A DNA stretch of 64,000 nucleotides from an uncultured Gammaproteobacteria bacterium. Its GTDB lineage: Bacteria > Pseudomonadota > Gammaproteobacteria > Steroidobacterales > Steroidobacteraceae. This document shows, piece after piece, positions 35,434-45,026 of the stretch. The position numbers and the translations under genes were made by a program. The notes under the pieces are model-generated. The model was not told the DNA's origin. It was given only the letters and a program-made list of their open reading frames with translations, and did no database searches. The stretch covers positions 248,197 to 312,196 of the forward strand of contig CAVSZK010000021.1 of NCBI GenBank assembly GCA_963732415.1, in the 5' to 3' direction. How positions within the stretch are numbered: the stretch's first letter is position 1; each line of letters begins with the position of its first letter.

Positions 35434-35757
35434 ATGCCGGTTTCACTGACACCTGCCGCTGCCGAACGAGTCCGGAGTTTCATCGTCAATCGCGGCCGCG
35501 GCGTCGGCCTGCGGCTCGGGATCAAGAAGACCGGGTGCTCCGGCTTCGCCTACGTGGTGAGTTATGCCGAAGAGGTGGCGCCGGGGGATGCGGTGTTCGA
35601 GGGCGAGGGCGTAAAGGTGATCGTGGATGCTGAAAGCCTTCGCTACGTGGACGGAACCGAGATCGACTTCGTCAAGCAGGGCTTGAACGAGGCGTTCAAG
35701 TTCCGTAACCCCAACGTCCGCGGCGAATGCGGCTGCGGCGAGAGCTTTAACGTCTAA
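35434..35757 (+). CDS. iscA: Iron-sulfur cluster assembly protein IscA/ErpA family (A-type carrier)
   Basis: ATG at 35434 gives a 107-aa product with [15 protein letters not shown] and C-terminal [11 protein letters not shown]. Confidence 0.9.
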   Translation: MPVSLTPAAAERVRSFIVNRGRGVGLRLGIKKTGCSGFAYVVSYAEEVAPGDAVFEGEGVKVIVDAESLRYVDGTEIDFVKQGLNEAFKFRNPNVRGECGCGESFNV

Positions 35758-35921
35758 CTGCCCGTCGCGGCTGAATTTATTGGCCCACCGAGGAGCGCGA
35801 AGGTATACTTCGCGGTTCGAATCACGAGCTCCGACCCCGCCCTGGAAGCCGCGCCTGCGCGGGTCCGGCGCGCCGGGCGCCTTATCAACACAGCAGGGGC
35901 CGACGCCCCGAGAGGAACCGC

Positions 35922-36347
35922 ATGGCCGTCGAACGCACGTTGTCCATCGTCAAGCCCGATGGGGTCCAGAAGAACGTCATTGGTGATGTCTACCGCCGCT
36001 TCGAGCAGGCTGGCCTGCGAATCGTGGCCGCGCGCATGAGGCGACTGACGCAGGCCGAGGCTGAAGGCTTTTACGCGGTGCACAGCGAGCGCCCGTTCTT
36101 CCGCGACCTGGTCGCCTACATGACTTCCGGTCCGGTCGTCGTGCAGGTGCTCGAGGGTGAGAATGCCGTGGCGAAGAACCGCGACATCATGGGCGCGACC
36201 GACCCGAAGAAAGCGGCGCCGGGAACGATCCGCGCAGACCTGGCCACCAGCATCGAGCAGAACGTGGTGCACGGTTCCGACAGCCTGGAGAATGCGGCCC
36301 GGGAAATCAGCTACTTCTTCGCCGAAACCGAGCTCTGCCCGCGCTGA
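35922..36347 (+). CDS. ndk: Nucleoside-diphosphate kinase
   Basis: 141 aa beginning [15 protein letters not shown], with the active-site His in NVVHGSDS. Confidence 0.96.
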   Translation: MAVERTLSIVKPDGVQKNVIGDVYRRFEQAGLRIVAARMRRLTQAEAEGFYAVHSERPFFRDLVAYMTSGPVVVQVLEGENAVAKNRDIMGATDPKKAAPGTIRADLATSIEQNVVHGSDSLENAAREISYFFAETELCPR

Positions 36348-36385
36348 GCGGGAACCCCGGCGCAGCCGCCCGGTCCATTTCCAGC

Positions 36386-37504
36386 ATGAACGAAGTCACC
36401 ACCCACGGTACCAACCTTCTCGGCCTCACGCGGGCCGGGATGGAGGAATTCGTCCTCGGGATGGGCGAGAAGCCTTTCCGCGCGCGCCAGCTGATGAAGT
36501 GGATCTACCGGCGCGCCACGGGCGACTTCGAGCAGATGACCGACCTCGGCCGTGATTTCCGCAGTCGGCTGGCTGCCATCGCCGAGATTCGCGCCCCGGA
36601 GGTCATCTTTTCGCAGGCTTCGGCCGACGGCACCCGCAAGTGGCTGCTGCGTCTCGAGAGCGGGCAGGCGATCGAGATGGTGTTCATTCCCGAGCCCGGC
36701 CGCGGGACGCTCTGCATTTCCAGCCAGATCGGCTGCACGATGGACTGCGGCTTCTGCTCGACCGGTCAGCAGGGATTCAATCGCAATCTCACGACGGCCG
36801 AGATCGTCGGCCAGGTCTGGCTCGCAAACCGCGAGCTCGGTTATTCGCCGGACGGTAACCGTGTGATCACCAACGTGGTTTTCATGGGCATGGGCGAGCC
36901 GTTGATGAACTATCGCAACGTGGTGCCCGCGGCCGAGCTGATGATGGATGACCTCGGCCTCGACCTGTCGCGGCGGAGAGTGACGATCAGCACGTCCGGG
37001 CTGGTCCCGCAGATGATGCGCATCGCCGACGAGACCAACGTCGCACTCGCCGTGTCGCTTCACGCCCCGAACGACGAGCTGCGCAGTGAACTGATGCCGA
37101 TCAACCGCCGGCACCCGATCGCGAGCCTTCTCGAGGCCTGCTGGCACTACGTCGAAAAGCAGAACGCCCGCAACGTGACGTTCGAGTACGTGATGCTCGA
37201 CGGGGTCAATGACCGGCCCGAGCACGCGCGACAGCTCGCCGGGCTGCTGCGGGGTCATCCGGCCAAGGTCAACCTGATCCCGTTCAACCCGTTCCCGAAT
37301 ACGCGCTATCGGCGCTCCACGGAGGAGGCGATCGAGCGCTTCCGCGACCTGCTGATCAAGGGAGGCGTCATGGCGACGATCAGGCGCACGCGCGGCGACG
37401 ACATCGATGCCGCCTGCGGCCAGCTCGTCGGCCGGGTCAACGACCGGACGACGGTGCGCCTCGGTGATCGCAACCTGGTTCCCGTCTCGGTATCCCACGC
37501 ATGA
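36386..37504 (+). CDS. rlmN: 23S rRNA (adenine2503-C2)-methyltransferase, radical SAM
   Basis: CxxxCxxC radical SAM motif (GCTMDCGFC), full-length RlmN resemblance, ndk-rlmN synteny. Confidence 0.95.
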   Translation: MNEVTTHGTNLLGLTRAGMEEFVLGMGEKPFRARQLMKWIYRRATGDFEQMTDLGRDFRSRLAAIAEIRAPEVIFSQASADGTRKWLLRLESGQAIEMVFIPEPGRGTLCISSQIGCTMDCGFCSTGQQGFNRNLTTAEIVGQVWLANRELGYSPDGNRVITNVVFMGMGEPLMNYRNVVPAAELMMDDLGLDLSRRRVTISTSGLVPQMMRIADETNVALAVSLHAPNDELRSELMPINRRHPIASLLEACWHYVEKQNARNVTFEYVMLDGVNDRPEHARQLAGLLRGHPAKVNLIPFNPFPNTRYRRSTEEAIERFRDLLIKGGVMATIRRTRGDDIDAACGQLVGRVNDRTTVRLGDRNLVPVSVSHA

Positions 37505-38268
37505 AGCGGCTAAAGTGCAAAAAGGCGCTGGTTTCGCTCGTCGGGCTGTTCGTAGTGTTGCCCGCGATGGCTGCCCAGGACAGCCAGATGGACCGCCGCA
37601 AGGCGGCCGAGGCCAACGCGCAGCTCGCGATCGCCTACATGAGCCAGGGCGACATGACCACGGCGCGCGACAAGATCGAGAAGGCGCTCGAGCAGGATTC
37701 GCACACAGCGACGACGCAACTCGCGGCTGGTTTCGTGTACGACCGGCTCGGCGAGGACAAGAAGGCCCAGGAGCATTTCGAGGAAGCGCTGAAGTTGAGC
37801 CGCGACGACCCGAACGTACAGAACAGCTACGCGTCGTTCCTGTGCCTCAAGGGCGACTCGAAGAAGGGAGAGGAGCTGTTGCTGCAGGCGGCGAAAAATC
37901 CCCTGAACCGGGCGCCGGCCGTGGCGTACGCAAATGCCGGTCGTTGCGCGCGCTCTGCCGGTCGCCTGCCTGAAGCGGAGACGTACTTCAGGCAGGCGCT
38001 TGGTTACAACGCCGACCAGCCCGATGTGCTGTTCCAGATGGCCCAGATCCAGTTCGAACTTGGCGACAACCTGCAGGCGCGCGCTTTCCTCGAGCGCTAC
38101 GCTTCGAACGCGCCCATTTCCGCGGCTGCGCTGTGGCTTGGCTACAGGATCGAGAGCGCTCTCGGTGAAACGCAGCAGGCGACGATTTATGCGGATCGCA
38201 TCAGGAAGGATTTCCCGATGTCGTCCGAGATGAGCGCGCTGCGTGAAGCGGAGCGGGCTCCACAGTGA
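37501..38268 (+). CDS. pilW: Type IV pilus biogenesis/stability protein PilW (TPR protein)
   Basis: Signal sequence plus TPR repeats in the conserved rlmN-pilW-rodZ position. Its ATG overlaps the rlmN stop (ATGA). Confidence 0.78.
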   Translation: MKRLKCKKALVSLVGLFVVLPAMAAQDSQMDRRKAAEANAQLAIAYMSQGDMTTARDKIEKALEQDSHTATTQLAAGFVYDRLGEDKKAQEHFEEALKLSRDDPNVQNSYASFLCLKGDSKKGEELLLQAAKNPLNRAPAVAYANAGRCARSAGRLPEAETYFRQALGYNADQPDVLFQMAQIQFELGDNLQARAFLERYASNAPISAAALWLGYRIESALGETQQATIYADRIRKDFPMSSEMSALREAERAPQ

Positions 38269-39143
38269 ACACGCTGGAGGCAGAGGTTGCCGAACTGCCC
38301 ACGGACCCGGGCGCGCGGCTCAGGCGGCAGCGTGAGCTTGCCGGGCTGACCGAGCAGCAGGTTGCCGAGCGGCTGAACCTGGACACCGTCGCGGTTCAGG
38401 CGCTTGAATCCGACGATTACGCCGCGCTCGGTGCTCCGGTGTTCGTGCGAGGTCATTTCAAGCGCTATGCAGCACTGTTGGGCATGCCCGGCGATGAGGT
38501 GCTCGGCGCGTATGACAGGTCGCGGGCGCAACTCGCTCCCCCGACGCTGGTTCCGAAGTCGCGCGTGGAAATGGCGCCGCCTCGCAGGCGCGTCGTCTCG
38601 CCGTGGATCGTGGTGGCGGCGCTGGTGCTCATCATCGCCGCCGGCGTTTCGGCATATGTCAGTGAGTTCGGTCTGCACCTGCCAGGCGCAGTCGATGCCG
38701 GCAATACGGACCTCGCAACGGGCTCCACGGAACTCGCCGACGCGAGCCCGGGGGTCGCCGGCGCCGGGCAGGGGGTTGCCGAGGGCGCAACTCGGGCCAT
38801 TACATCACCTGGTGCGGGCGAAGCCGCCATGCCGGCCGTGGCGGGTCCTCCGGGCACTGAGCCTGCCGTGAGCGCGCCGGCCGGCCAGGTCGCGCTGTTG
38901 TTCGCATTCGCCGCGGATTCCTGGATCGAGGTTTACGACGGTTCTGGAAAGGCCGTGCTGTACGACCTCGGCAAGGCGGGGACCGAGCGCGCCGTCGCGG
39001 GCGTCGCCCCGCTCAGCGTGACGCTCGGCAATGCACCTGGTGTCGCGCTGGCGGTCAACGGCAAACGCGTGAAGGTGCCGTCCCCGCGCAGCGGCGAGAC
39101 CGTTGCCCGCTTCGGCGTCGTGGCAGACGGGCTGCAGCGCTGA
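38265..39143 (+). CDS. rodZ: RodZ-like cytoskeleton protein (HTH + TM + C-terminal beta domain)
   Basis: N-terminal HTH ([21 protein letters not shown]), one TM helix, and a C-terminal [30 protein letters not shown] domain. GTG overlaps the pilW stop. Confidence 0.8.
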   Translation: MNTLEAEVAELPTDPGARLRRQRELAGLTEQQVAERLNLDTVAVQALESDDYAALGAPVFVRGHFKRYAALLGMPGDEVLGAYDRSRAQLAPPTLVPKSRVEMAPPRRRVVSPWIVVAALVLIIAAGVSAYVSEFGLHLPGAVDAGNTDLATGSTELADASPGVAGAGQGVAEGATRAITSPGAGEAAMPAVAGPPGTEPAVSAPAGQVALLFAFAADSWIEVYDGSGKAVLYDLGKAGTERAVAGVAPLSVTLGNAPGVALAVNGKRVKVPSPRSGETVARFGVVADGLQR

Positions 39144-39163
39144 GCTGCCCCGGGGAAGTACGC

Positions 39164-40450
39164 ATGCCCGAGACGATCCAGGCCATCCGTGGAATGAATG
39201 ACGTGCTGCCAGCCGACTCGGGCCCCTGGCAGTTGCTCGAGCGCGTTGCGCGCGAGACGTTCGCCGAATATGGCTATCGCGAGATCCGGCTGCCAATTCT
39301 CGAAAGGACCGATCTGTTCAAGCGATCGATCGGCGAGATGACGGACATCGTCGAGAAGGAAATGTATACGTTCGAGGACCGCGGCGGCGAGTCGGTGACG
39401 CTGCGGCCGGAAGCGACGGCCGGCATCGTGCGGGCCGCGATCGCGAACGGGCTGCTGCACAACCAGCGGCAGAAGATCTGGTGCTCGGGGCCGATGTTCC
39501 GCTACGAGCGGCCGCAGAAGGGCCGTTACCGCCAGTTCCACCAGGTCGACGCAGAGGCGCTCGGCTTTCCGGGGCCGGACGTGGATGCCGAACTGATCAT
39601 GATGTCGGCCCGAATCTGGCGCCGACTCGGGCTCGAAGGCCTCACGCTGAACCTGAATTCGCTCGGTACGCCGGAGTCGAGGCGGGGCTACCGCGAAACG
39701 CTGGTTGCGTACTTCCGCGGCCATGCGCCAACGCTGGACGAGGACAGCCGTCGGCGCCTGGACGGAAACCCGCTGCGCATCCTGGACAGCAAGAATCCCG
39801 CGATGCGCGAAGTGATTGCCGGGGCGCCGCTGATCACCGATCACCTCGACCCCGAATCAGCCAGTCATTTTGCCGGCCTGCGCTCGCGCCTCGACGCCGC
39901 CGGCATCGGATACGTCGTGAATCCACGCCTGGTGCGCGGCCTCGATTACTATTCGCGCACCGTGTTCGAGTGGGTGACCATGGATCTCGGGTCGCAGGAT
40001 GCTGTGTGCTCCGGCGGGCGCTACGATGGCCTGGTGGCCCAGCTCGGGGGCGACTCGGTGCCGGCGATCGGCTGGGCACTGGGCGAGGAACGCATCGTCG
40101 AACTGCTGCGCCTGCAGGGGCTGGCGGGTGATGGGACGGTGGCCGACGTGTACCTGGTCCTCGGCGGAGCCGCCGCGGAGGCGGCCGGCATGCAGGTCGC
40201 CGAGCAGCTGCGCGACGCGCTGCCGGGCGTAAGGATCGAGACGAACTGCGGCGGGGGCAGCTTCAAGTCGCAGCTCAAGCGGGCCGACCGCAGCGGCGCG
40301 TGCTGCGCGGTGATCCTGGGCGAGGAGGAGTTCTCGCGGGGCGTGGCGGGCTTGAAACCGCTGCGCGACGAGCAAGGGCAGGCGGAGGTCGCCATCGCCG
40401 ACCTCGCGACCGAACTGTCGCGACGCGTCTTGGGACGCGCTCGCGGTTGA
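39164..40450 (+). CDS. hisS: Histidine-tRNA ligase
   Basis: 428 aa beginning [12 protein letters not shown], with class II motifs (..[16 protein letters not shown]..). Confidence 0.96.
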   Translation: MPETIQAIRGMNDVLPADSGPWQLLERVARETFAEYGYREIRLPILERTDLFKRSIGEMTDIVEKEMYTFEDRGGESVTLRPEATAGIVRAAIANGLLHNQRQKIWCSGPMFRYERPQKGRYRQFHQVDAEALGFPGPDVDAELIMMSARIWRRLGLEGLTLNLNSLGTPESRRGYRETLVAYFRGHAPTLDEDSRRRLDGNPLRILDSKNPAMREVIAGAPLITDHLDPESASHFAGLRSRLDAAGIGYVVNPRLVRGLDYYSRTVFEWVTMDLGSQDAVCSGGRYDGLVAQLGGDSVPAIGWALGEERIVELLRLQGLAGDGTVADVYLVLGGAAAEAAGMQVAEQLRDALPGVRIETNCGGGSFKSQLKRADRSGACCAVILGEEEFSRGVAGLKPLRDEQGQAEVAIADLATELSRRVLGRARG

Positions 40451-40504
40451 TATCAATGGCCGTGGCGCACACAGGCGCCAGGCCGGCATGACGGAGTCCT
40501 GGAA

Positions 40505-41209
40505 GTGGAAGACCTGACTGACAACGAACGCGAAGAACAACTGCGCCAGTGGTGGAGCGACAACTGGCTTTGGATACTGGGCGGAATCGCGCTCGGCCTC
40601 GCCATGCTATGGGGCTGGCAGTACTGGCAGCGCACGCGCATGGAACAGGCGCAGCGTGAGCTTTCCGGCTACCAGTCCGTGATCACGAGCCTGAGCCAGG
40701 ACAAGTTCGACGAGGCGGTCGTGCAGGCCAAGGCGCTGCGGGATGCGCAACCCGGGTCGCCCTATGCCGACCAGTCGGACCTGGTACTGGCCCGGGCGGC
40801 CGTAGAGATGCGCAAGCTTGACGAGGCGGCGCTGCACCTCCGCACGGTGATGGATGGTTCCAAGGATCCGGAACTCCGCGCGGTGGCGCGTGCGAGGCTC
40901 GCTCGAGTCATGGTCGAACAGGCGAAGTACGACGACGCCGTAGCCTTGCTCGATACTGCCGATGCGGGTTCGTATGCGGCGCGCTATCACGAGCTTCGCG
41001 GTGACGCGTACGCCGGCAAGGGCGACTCTGCGGCCGCGCGTCGCGAGTACGACGAGGCGCTCTCGGCGCCGGACGACGAGACGGGGCTCGATAGCGACTA
41101 CATCGAGCTCAAGCGCGACGCGTTGCCGCCGGTGGCCGCCGTCGCGAACGAAGCCCCGGCCGGCCCGGTGCCGGCGGAAGGCGCTGCGAGCGGGACGGCT
41201 GGCGAATGA
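40505..41209 (+). CDS. YfgM family protein (TM anchor + TPR-like domain)
   Basis: N-terminal EEQLRQWWSDNWLWILGGIALGL TM helix followed by a helical-repeat domain. Conserved hisS-yfgM-bamB-der order. GTG start. Confidence 0.75.
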   Translation: MEDLTDNEREEQLRQWWSDNWLWILGGIALGLAMLWGWQYWQRTRMEQAQRELSGYQSVITSLSQDKFDEAVVQAKALRDAQPGSPYADQSDLVLARAAVEMRKLDEAALHLRTVMDGSKDPELRAVARARLARVMVEQAKYDDAVALLDTADAGSYAARYHELRGDAYAGKGDSAAARREYDEALSAPDDETGLDSDYIELKRDALPPVAAVANEAPAGPVPAEGAASGTAGE

Positions 41210-42363
41210 AACCGCTACGCCTGGTCGCCGCACTCGCGCTGCTCGGGGCTCTTGCCGCCTGCGACAAGGACACGACGGCTGATCCGCCGGCCGAGCTGGT
41301 GGACATCAAGCCCACGCTCAAGGTCCAGCGCCTGTGGTCACAGAACCTGGGCGGTGGAGGCGAGGCTTTGCGGCTGACGCTTGGCGTCGCAGGTTCGGGC
41401 GATACGGTCTATGCCGCCGGACACGACGGCAAGGTCCGCGCGCTCGATGCGGCGAACGGCAAGCAGCGTTGGCAGGTTGACACGGATCTGGAGCTTTCCG
41501 CGGGCCCCGGCGTCGGTTCCGGTCTGGTGGTCGTCGGTACCAGCGACGGTGACCTGGTGGCGCTTGACGCCGCCAACGGAAAGGAACGCTGGAAGACCCG
41601 CGTTACGGGCGAGATCCTCGCTCCGCCGCTGGTGGAGGGCGAACAGGTGATCGTCCGCTCGGTCGAAGGCAGGCTGCGCTCCCTGTCGGCTAGCACCGGC
41701 AAGGAAGAGTGGATGGTCGAAGATGTCGTGCCCCGCCTGTCGCTGCGCGGTACGGCCACGCCGGTCGCCGTCGGCAGCGACATCGTCGTGTGCGGCTTCG
41801 ACACTGGCAAGATCATGGCCGTTACGCTCGCCAAGGGCGAGATCCTGTGGCAGACGCAGCTCACCACTCCGCACGGACGAACCGAGCTCCAGCGCCTCTC
41901 GGACGTGGACTCGGCGGTGATCGTGTCCGGCAAGGACATCTACGCGGTTGGCTACCAGGGGCGAGTCGCCATGCTGGCGCTCGACAGCGGCCAGATCTGG
42001 TGGTCGCGTGACATGTCGAGCTATCGCGGGCTCGCGATCGACGATGACCAGGTCTATGTCTCCACGTCCGACGGGGACGTCGTGGCGATGCGACGCAGCG
42101 ATGGCGTGGTCGCGTGGCAGCAGAAGGGACTCGCGCGGCGCAGTCTCAGCGCGCCGGCAGTCGATGGTGACGCCGTCGTGGTAGGTGATTACGACGGGTA
42201 CCTTCACTGGCTCGACCGTGGCACGGGCAGGTTCATGGCTCGTGAGCATCCCGGCGACAAGCGCATCGCGGCCCCGCCGCTGGTGATGGGCGGTCGCGTG
42301 TTCGTCATCGACGAGGTTGGGCACCTCAAGGCCTTTCGTACCGGGGGCGCGGCGGGGAGCTGA
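41206..42363 (+). CDS. bamB: Outer membrane protein assembly factor BamB
   Basis: Lipoprotein signal (LGALAAC) and repeated PQQ-like beta-propeller blades (..G.V.ALDA.NGKERW..). ATGA overlap with yfgM. Confidence 0.9.
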   Translation: MKPLRLVAALALLGALAACDKDTTADPPAELVDIKPTLKVQRLWSQNLGGGGEALRLTLGVAGSGDTVYAAGHDGKVRALDAANGKQRWQVDTDLELSAGPGVGSGLVVVGTSDGDLVALDAANGKERWKTRVTGEILAPPLVEGEQVIVRSVEGRLRSLSASTGKEEWMVEDVVPRLSLRGTATPVAVGSDIVVCGFDTGKIMAVTLAKGEILWQTQLTTPHGRTELQRLSDVDSAVIVSGKDIYAVGYQGRVAMLALDSGQIWWSRDMSSYRGLAIDDDQVYVSTSDGDVVAMRRSDGVVAWQQKGLARRSLSAPAVDGDAVVVGDYDGYLHWLDRGTGRFMAREHPGDKRIAAPPLVMGGRVFVIDEVGHLKAFRTGGAAGS

Positions 42364-42364
42364 T

Positions 42365-43774
42365 GTGCTACCGGTCGTCGCCCTGGTCGGGCGCCCCAAC
42401 GTAGGAAAGTCGACGATCTTCAACTGCCTGACGCGCACGCGCGACGCGCTGGTCGCTGACGTTCCCGGCCTGACCCGCGATCGCAAGTACGGCTACGCGC
42501 GCGTCGGGCCCAGGCCCTGTGTCGTCATCGACACCGGCGGGCTGGTAGAGGTGACCCACGGCGTCGAGCGGTTGATGGCCGAGCAGACGCTGAAGGCGGT
42601 CGAGGAGGCCGACCGGGTACTGCTGGTGGTGGATTCGCGCGAGGGCTGCGTGCCCTCGGACCTGCACGTGGCGGAGCTTCTGCGGCGCGGTGGAAAGACC
42701 GTGATCGTGGTCGCGAACAAGTCCGAGTCGCTGGACCCGGAGATCGCGGGCGTCGATTTCCACCGGCTGGGCTTCGGTGCGCCGGTGGCCATTTCCGCGG
42801 CTCATGGCCAGGGCATGGAGGAACTGCTGCAGCGGGCACTCGCCGGCATCCCGGCAGACCCGGAGCCACCCGAAGCCGCCGCCACCGACAGCGAAGAAAT
42901 ACGTGTCGCGGTCGTCGGTCGCCCGAATGTCGGGAAATCGACATTGATCAATCGGCTGCTCGGCGAGGAGCGGCTGGTCGCGTTCGACCAGCCGGGCACC
43001 ACGCGCGACGCCGTGTTCGTGCCGTTCGAGCGTGACGGCCAGCGCTACGTGCTGATAGACACGGCTGGGGTCAGGCGGCGCGCCAGGGTCAGCGACGCGG
43101 TGGAGAAATTCAGCATCGTCAAGGCGCTGCAGGCCATCGACGAGGCGCATGTCGTAATCGGGGTGCTCGATGCCCACGACACGATCGCGGAGCAGGACGC
43201 GAGCCTGCTCGGGCTGATCAACGAGCAGGGGCGCGCACTGGTCATCGCGGTCAACAAGTGGGACGGCATCGATCCGTCGCAGCGTGGCCTGATCCGCGAT
43301 GGCGTCGACCTGCGCCTCGATTTCCTCTCCTACGCGCCAGTGCACTACATCTCGGCGCGACACGGCACCGCTGTGGGCGACCTGATGGGGTCCGTGCGCA
43401 TGGCCTATCGGGCGGCGATGAAGGAACTGCCGACCAAGGACCTGAACCGTGCGCTCGAGCAGGCCATCACGATGCACCAGCCTCCGCTGGTGCGTGGCCG
43501 GCGGATCAAGCTGCGCTACGCGCACCAGGGCGGCCGCAATCCGCCGATCGTCGTCATCCACGGCAACCAGACGCAGCATGTGCCGGAGACCTACCGGCGC
43601 TACCTCGAGAACCACTTCCGCCAGACCTTCCACCTGAAGGGTACGCCGATGCGCGTGGAGTTCCGCACCGACGACAACCCGTTTTCCGGCAAGCGCAACG
43701 AACTGACCCCGCGGCAGCAGAGCAAGCGCGTGCGCCTGATCAAGAACAGGCGCGCCGGGACCGGAAAGCGCTGA
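42365..43774 (+). CDS. der: Ribosome biogenesis GTPase Der (EngA)
   Basis: GTG at 42365 gives VLPVVALVGRPNVGKSTIFN, with a second G domain VAVVGRPNVGKSTLIN and a KH-like C-terminus. Confidence 0.95.
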   Translation: MLPVVALVGRPNVGKSTIFNCLTRTRDALVADVPGLTRDRKYGYARVGPRPCVVIDTGGLVEVTHGVERLMAEQTLKAVEEADRVLLVVDSREGCVPSDLHVAELLRRGGKTVIVVANKSESLDPEIAGVDFHRLGFGAPVAISAAHGQGMEELLQRALAGIPADPEPPEAAATDSEEIRVAVVGRPNVGKSTLINRLLGEERLVAFDQPGTTRDAVFVPFERDGQRYVLIDTAGVRRRARVSDAVEKFSIVKALQAIDEAHVVIGVLDAHDTIAEQDASLLGLINEQGRALVIAVNKWDGIDPSQRGLIRDGVDLRLDFLSYAPVHYISARHGTAVGDLMGSVRMAYRAAMKELPTKDLNRALEQAITMHQPPLVRGRRIKLRYAHQGGRNPPIVVIHGNQTQHVPETYRRYLENHFRQTFHLKGTPMRVEFRTDDNPFSGKRNELTPRQQSKRVRLIKNRRAGTGKR

Positions 43775-43862
43775 ACTCGGGTCGATCGGGCTGATAACCG
43801 ACGCTTCTGACGCGCTATCCTCTGGTGCTTGTTCGAAGGGGAGCCGGGCATAGACTGCCCGT

Positions 43863-45026
43863 ATGGCCATGGCACTAGCTCGCACGCCGTCTACCTCGGC
43901 TGACCTGCCGGCCCGCAGGTTCGCGCGGCTTGCCGAGCCGCTTCAAATGTACCGGGGCGGCGTGGTCGAGCAGCCGGTGATCGCCTACGAGTGCTGGGGA
44001 ACGCTGAATGCCGCGCGTGACAACGCGATCGCGATCTTCACCGGCCTGTCCCCCTCGGCCCACGCTGCATCCTCTCCTGCGGATCTGCGGCCGGGCTGGT
44101 GGGAGACGATGATCGGTGACGGTCGCCCGATCGACACGAGCCGGTTCTTCGTGGTGTGCATCAACTCGCTCGGCAGTCCGTACGGATCCTCGGGTCCTGC
44201 CTGCCTGGACCCGGCCACAGGCCAGCCCTACGGAATCTCGTTTCCCGAGATCGCCGTCGAGGACATCGCCGCTGCGGGTCGCGAGGCACTGCGCTCGCTC
44301 GGCATCGAGCAGCTCGCGGCCGTGGTCGGGCCGTCGCTCGGCGGCATGGTAGTGCTCGCGTACTGCGCGCAGTTTCCGGGCGAGGTCGAGAACCTGGTCA
44401 GCATTTCCGGCGCGGTGCACGCGACGCCCTTTGCAATTGCGCTCCGCTCGCTGCAGCGGGAGATGGTGCGTGGCGACACGTCATGGCGCGGCGGAAACTA
44501 CCAGGCTGGAAGAGGCCCGCGCCTCGGCATGCGGCTCGCGCGCAAGCTCGGCACGATCACTTACCGCTCGCCCAAAGAGTGGGACCAGCGGTTCGGGCGC
44601 CGGCGGGTGCCCGAAACGGCCGGCCTGTCGGGCGATTTCCGGCCCCGGTTCGAGGTCGAGTCGTATCTGGAGCACCAGGCGCTGCGGTTTGCCGATGCGT
44701 TCGATGCCAATGCCTACCTCTACCTGTCGCGGGCGATGGACCAGTTCGACCTCGCGGACCATGGCGGCGGATCTCTCGCGGCCGCATTCGAGCGTTTCGG
44801 CGTCCGCCGTTCGCTGGTTCTCGGCGTCGAGACCGACATGCTGTTCCCGGTCGCCCAGCAGCGTGAGATCGCGGATCACCTGCGAGCCGCCGGAGGGCAG
44901 GTTGAATTCCACGCATTTCCTTCGCTGCAGGGGCACGACGCGTTCCTGACCGACCTGGCGCGATTCGAGCCCGCGATCGGCGGGTTCGTGAAGGGCATCG
45001 AGGGCCGCGCCGTGGCGGACGGCTAG
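43863..45026 (+). CDS. MetX-family O-acyltransferase (homoserine O-acetyl/succinyltransferase-like alpha/beta hydrolase)
   Basis: 387 aa with the nucleophile elbow GPSLGGM, ..RFFVVCINSLGS..SSGP.., and C-terminal GHDAFL. No metW follows it. Confidence 0.8.
   Translation: MAMALARTPSTSADLPARRFARLAEPLQMYRGGVVEQPVIAYECWGTLNAARDNAIAIFTGLSPSAHAASSPADLRPGWWETMIGDGRPIDTSRFFVVCINSLGSPYGSSGPACLDPATGQPYGISFPEIAVEDIAAAGREALRSLGIEQLAAVVGPSLGGMVVLAYCAQFPGEVENLVSISGAVHATPFAIALRSLQREMVRGDTSWRGGNYQAGRGPRLGMRLARKLGTITYRSPKEWDQRFGRRRVPETAGLSGDFRPRFEVESYLEHQALRFADAFDANAYLYLSRAMDQFDLADHGGGSLAAAFERFGVRRSLVLGVETDMLFPVAQQREIADHLRAAGGQVEFHAFPSLQGHDAFLTDLARFEPAIGGFVKGIEGRAVADG

Noticed and set aside
35796-35830. tRNA-like fragment (GGTTCGAATC) after a 7-bp hairpin CGCGAAG-GTATA-CTTCGCG downstream of iscA
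   Set aside because: There is no complementary T-stem, acceptor stem or anticodon arm. It is probably just a stem-loop in the iscA-ndk spacer, and a terminator role is unproven because there is no T-tract.
43775-43862. SAM-type riboswitch upstream of the metX-like gene
   Set aside because: No conserved SAM-II or SAM/SAH pseudoknot elements are recognisable in the 88-nt spacer.
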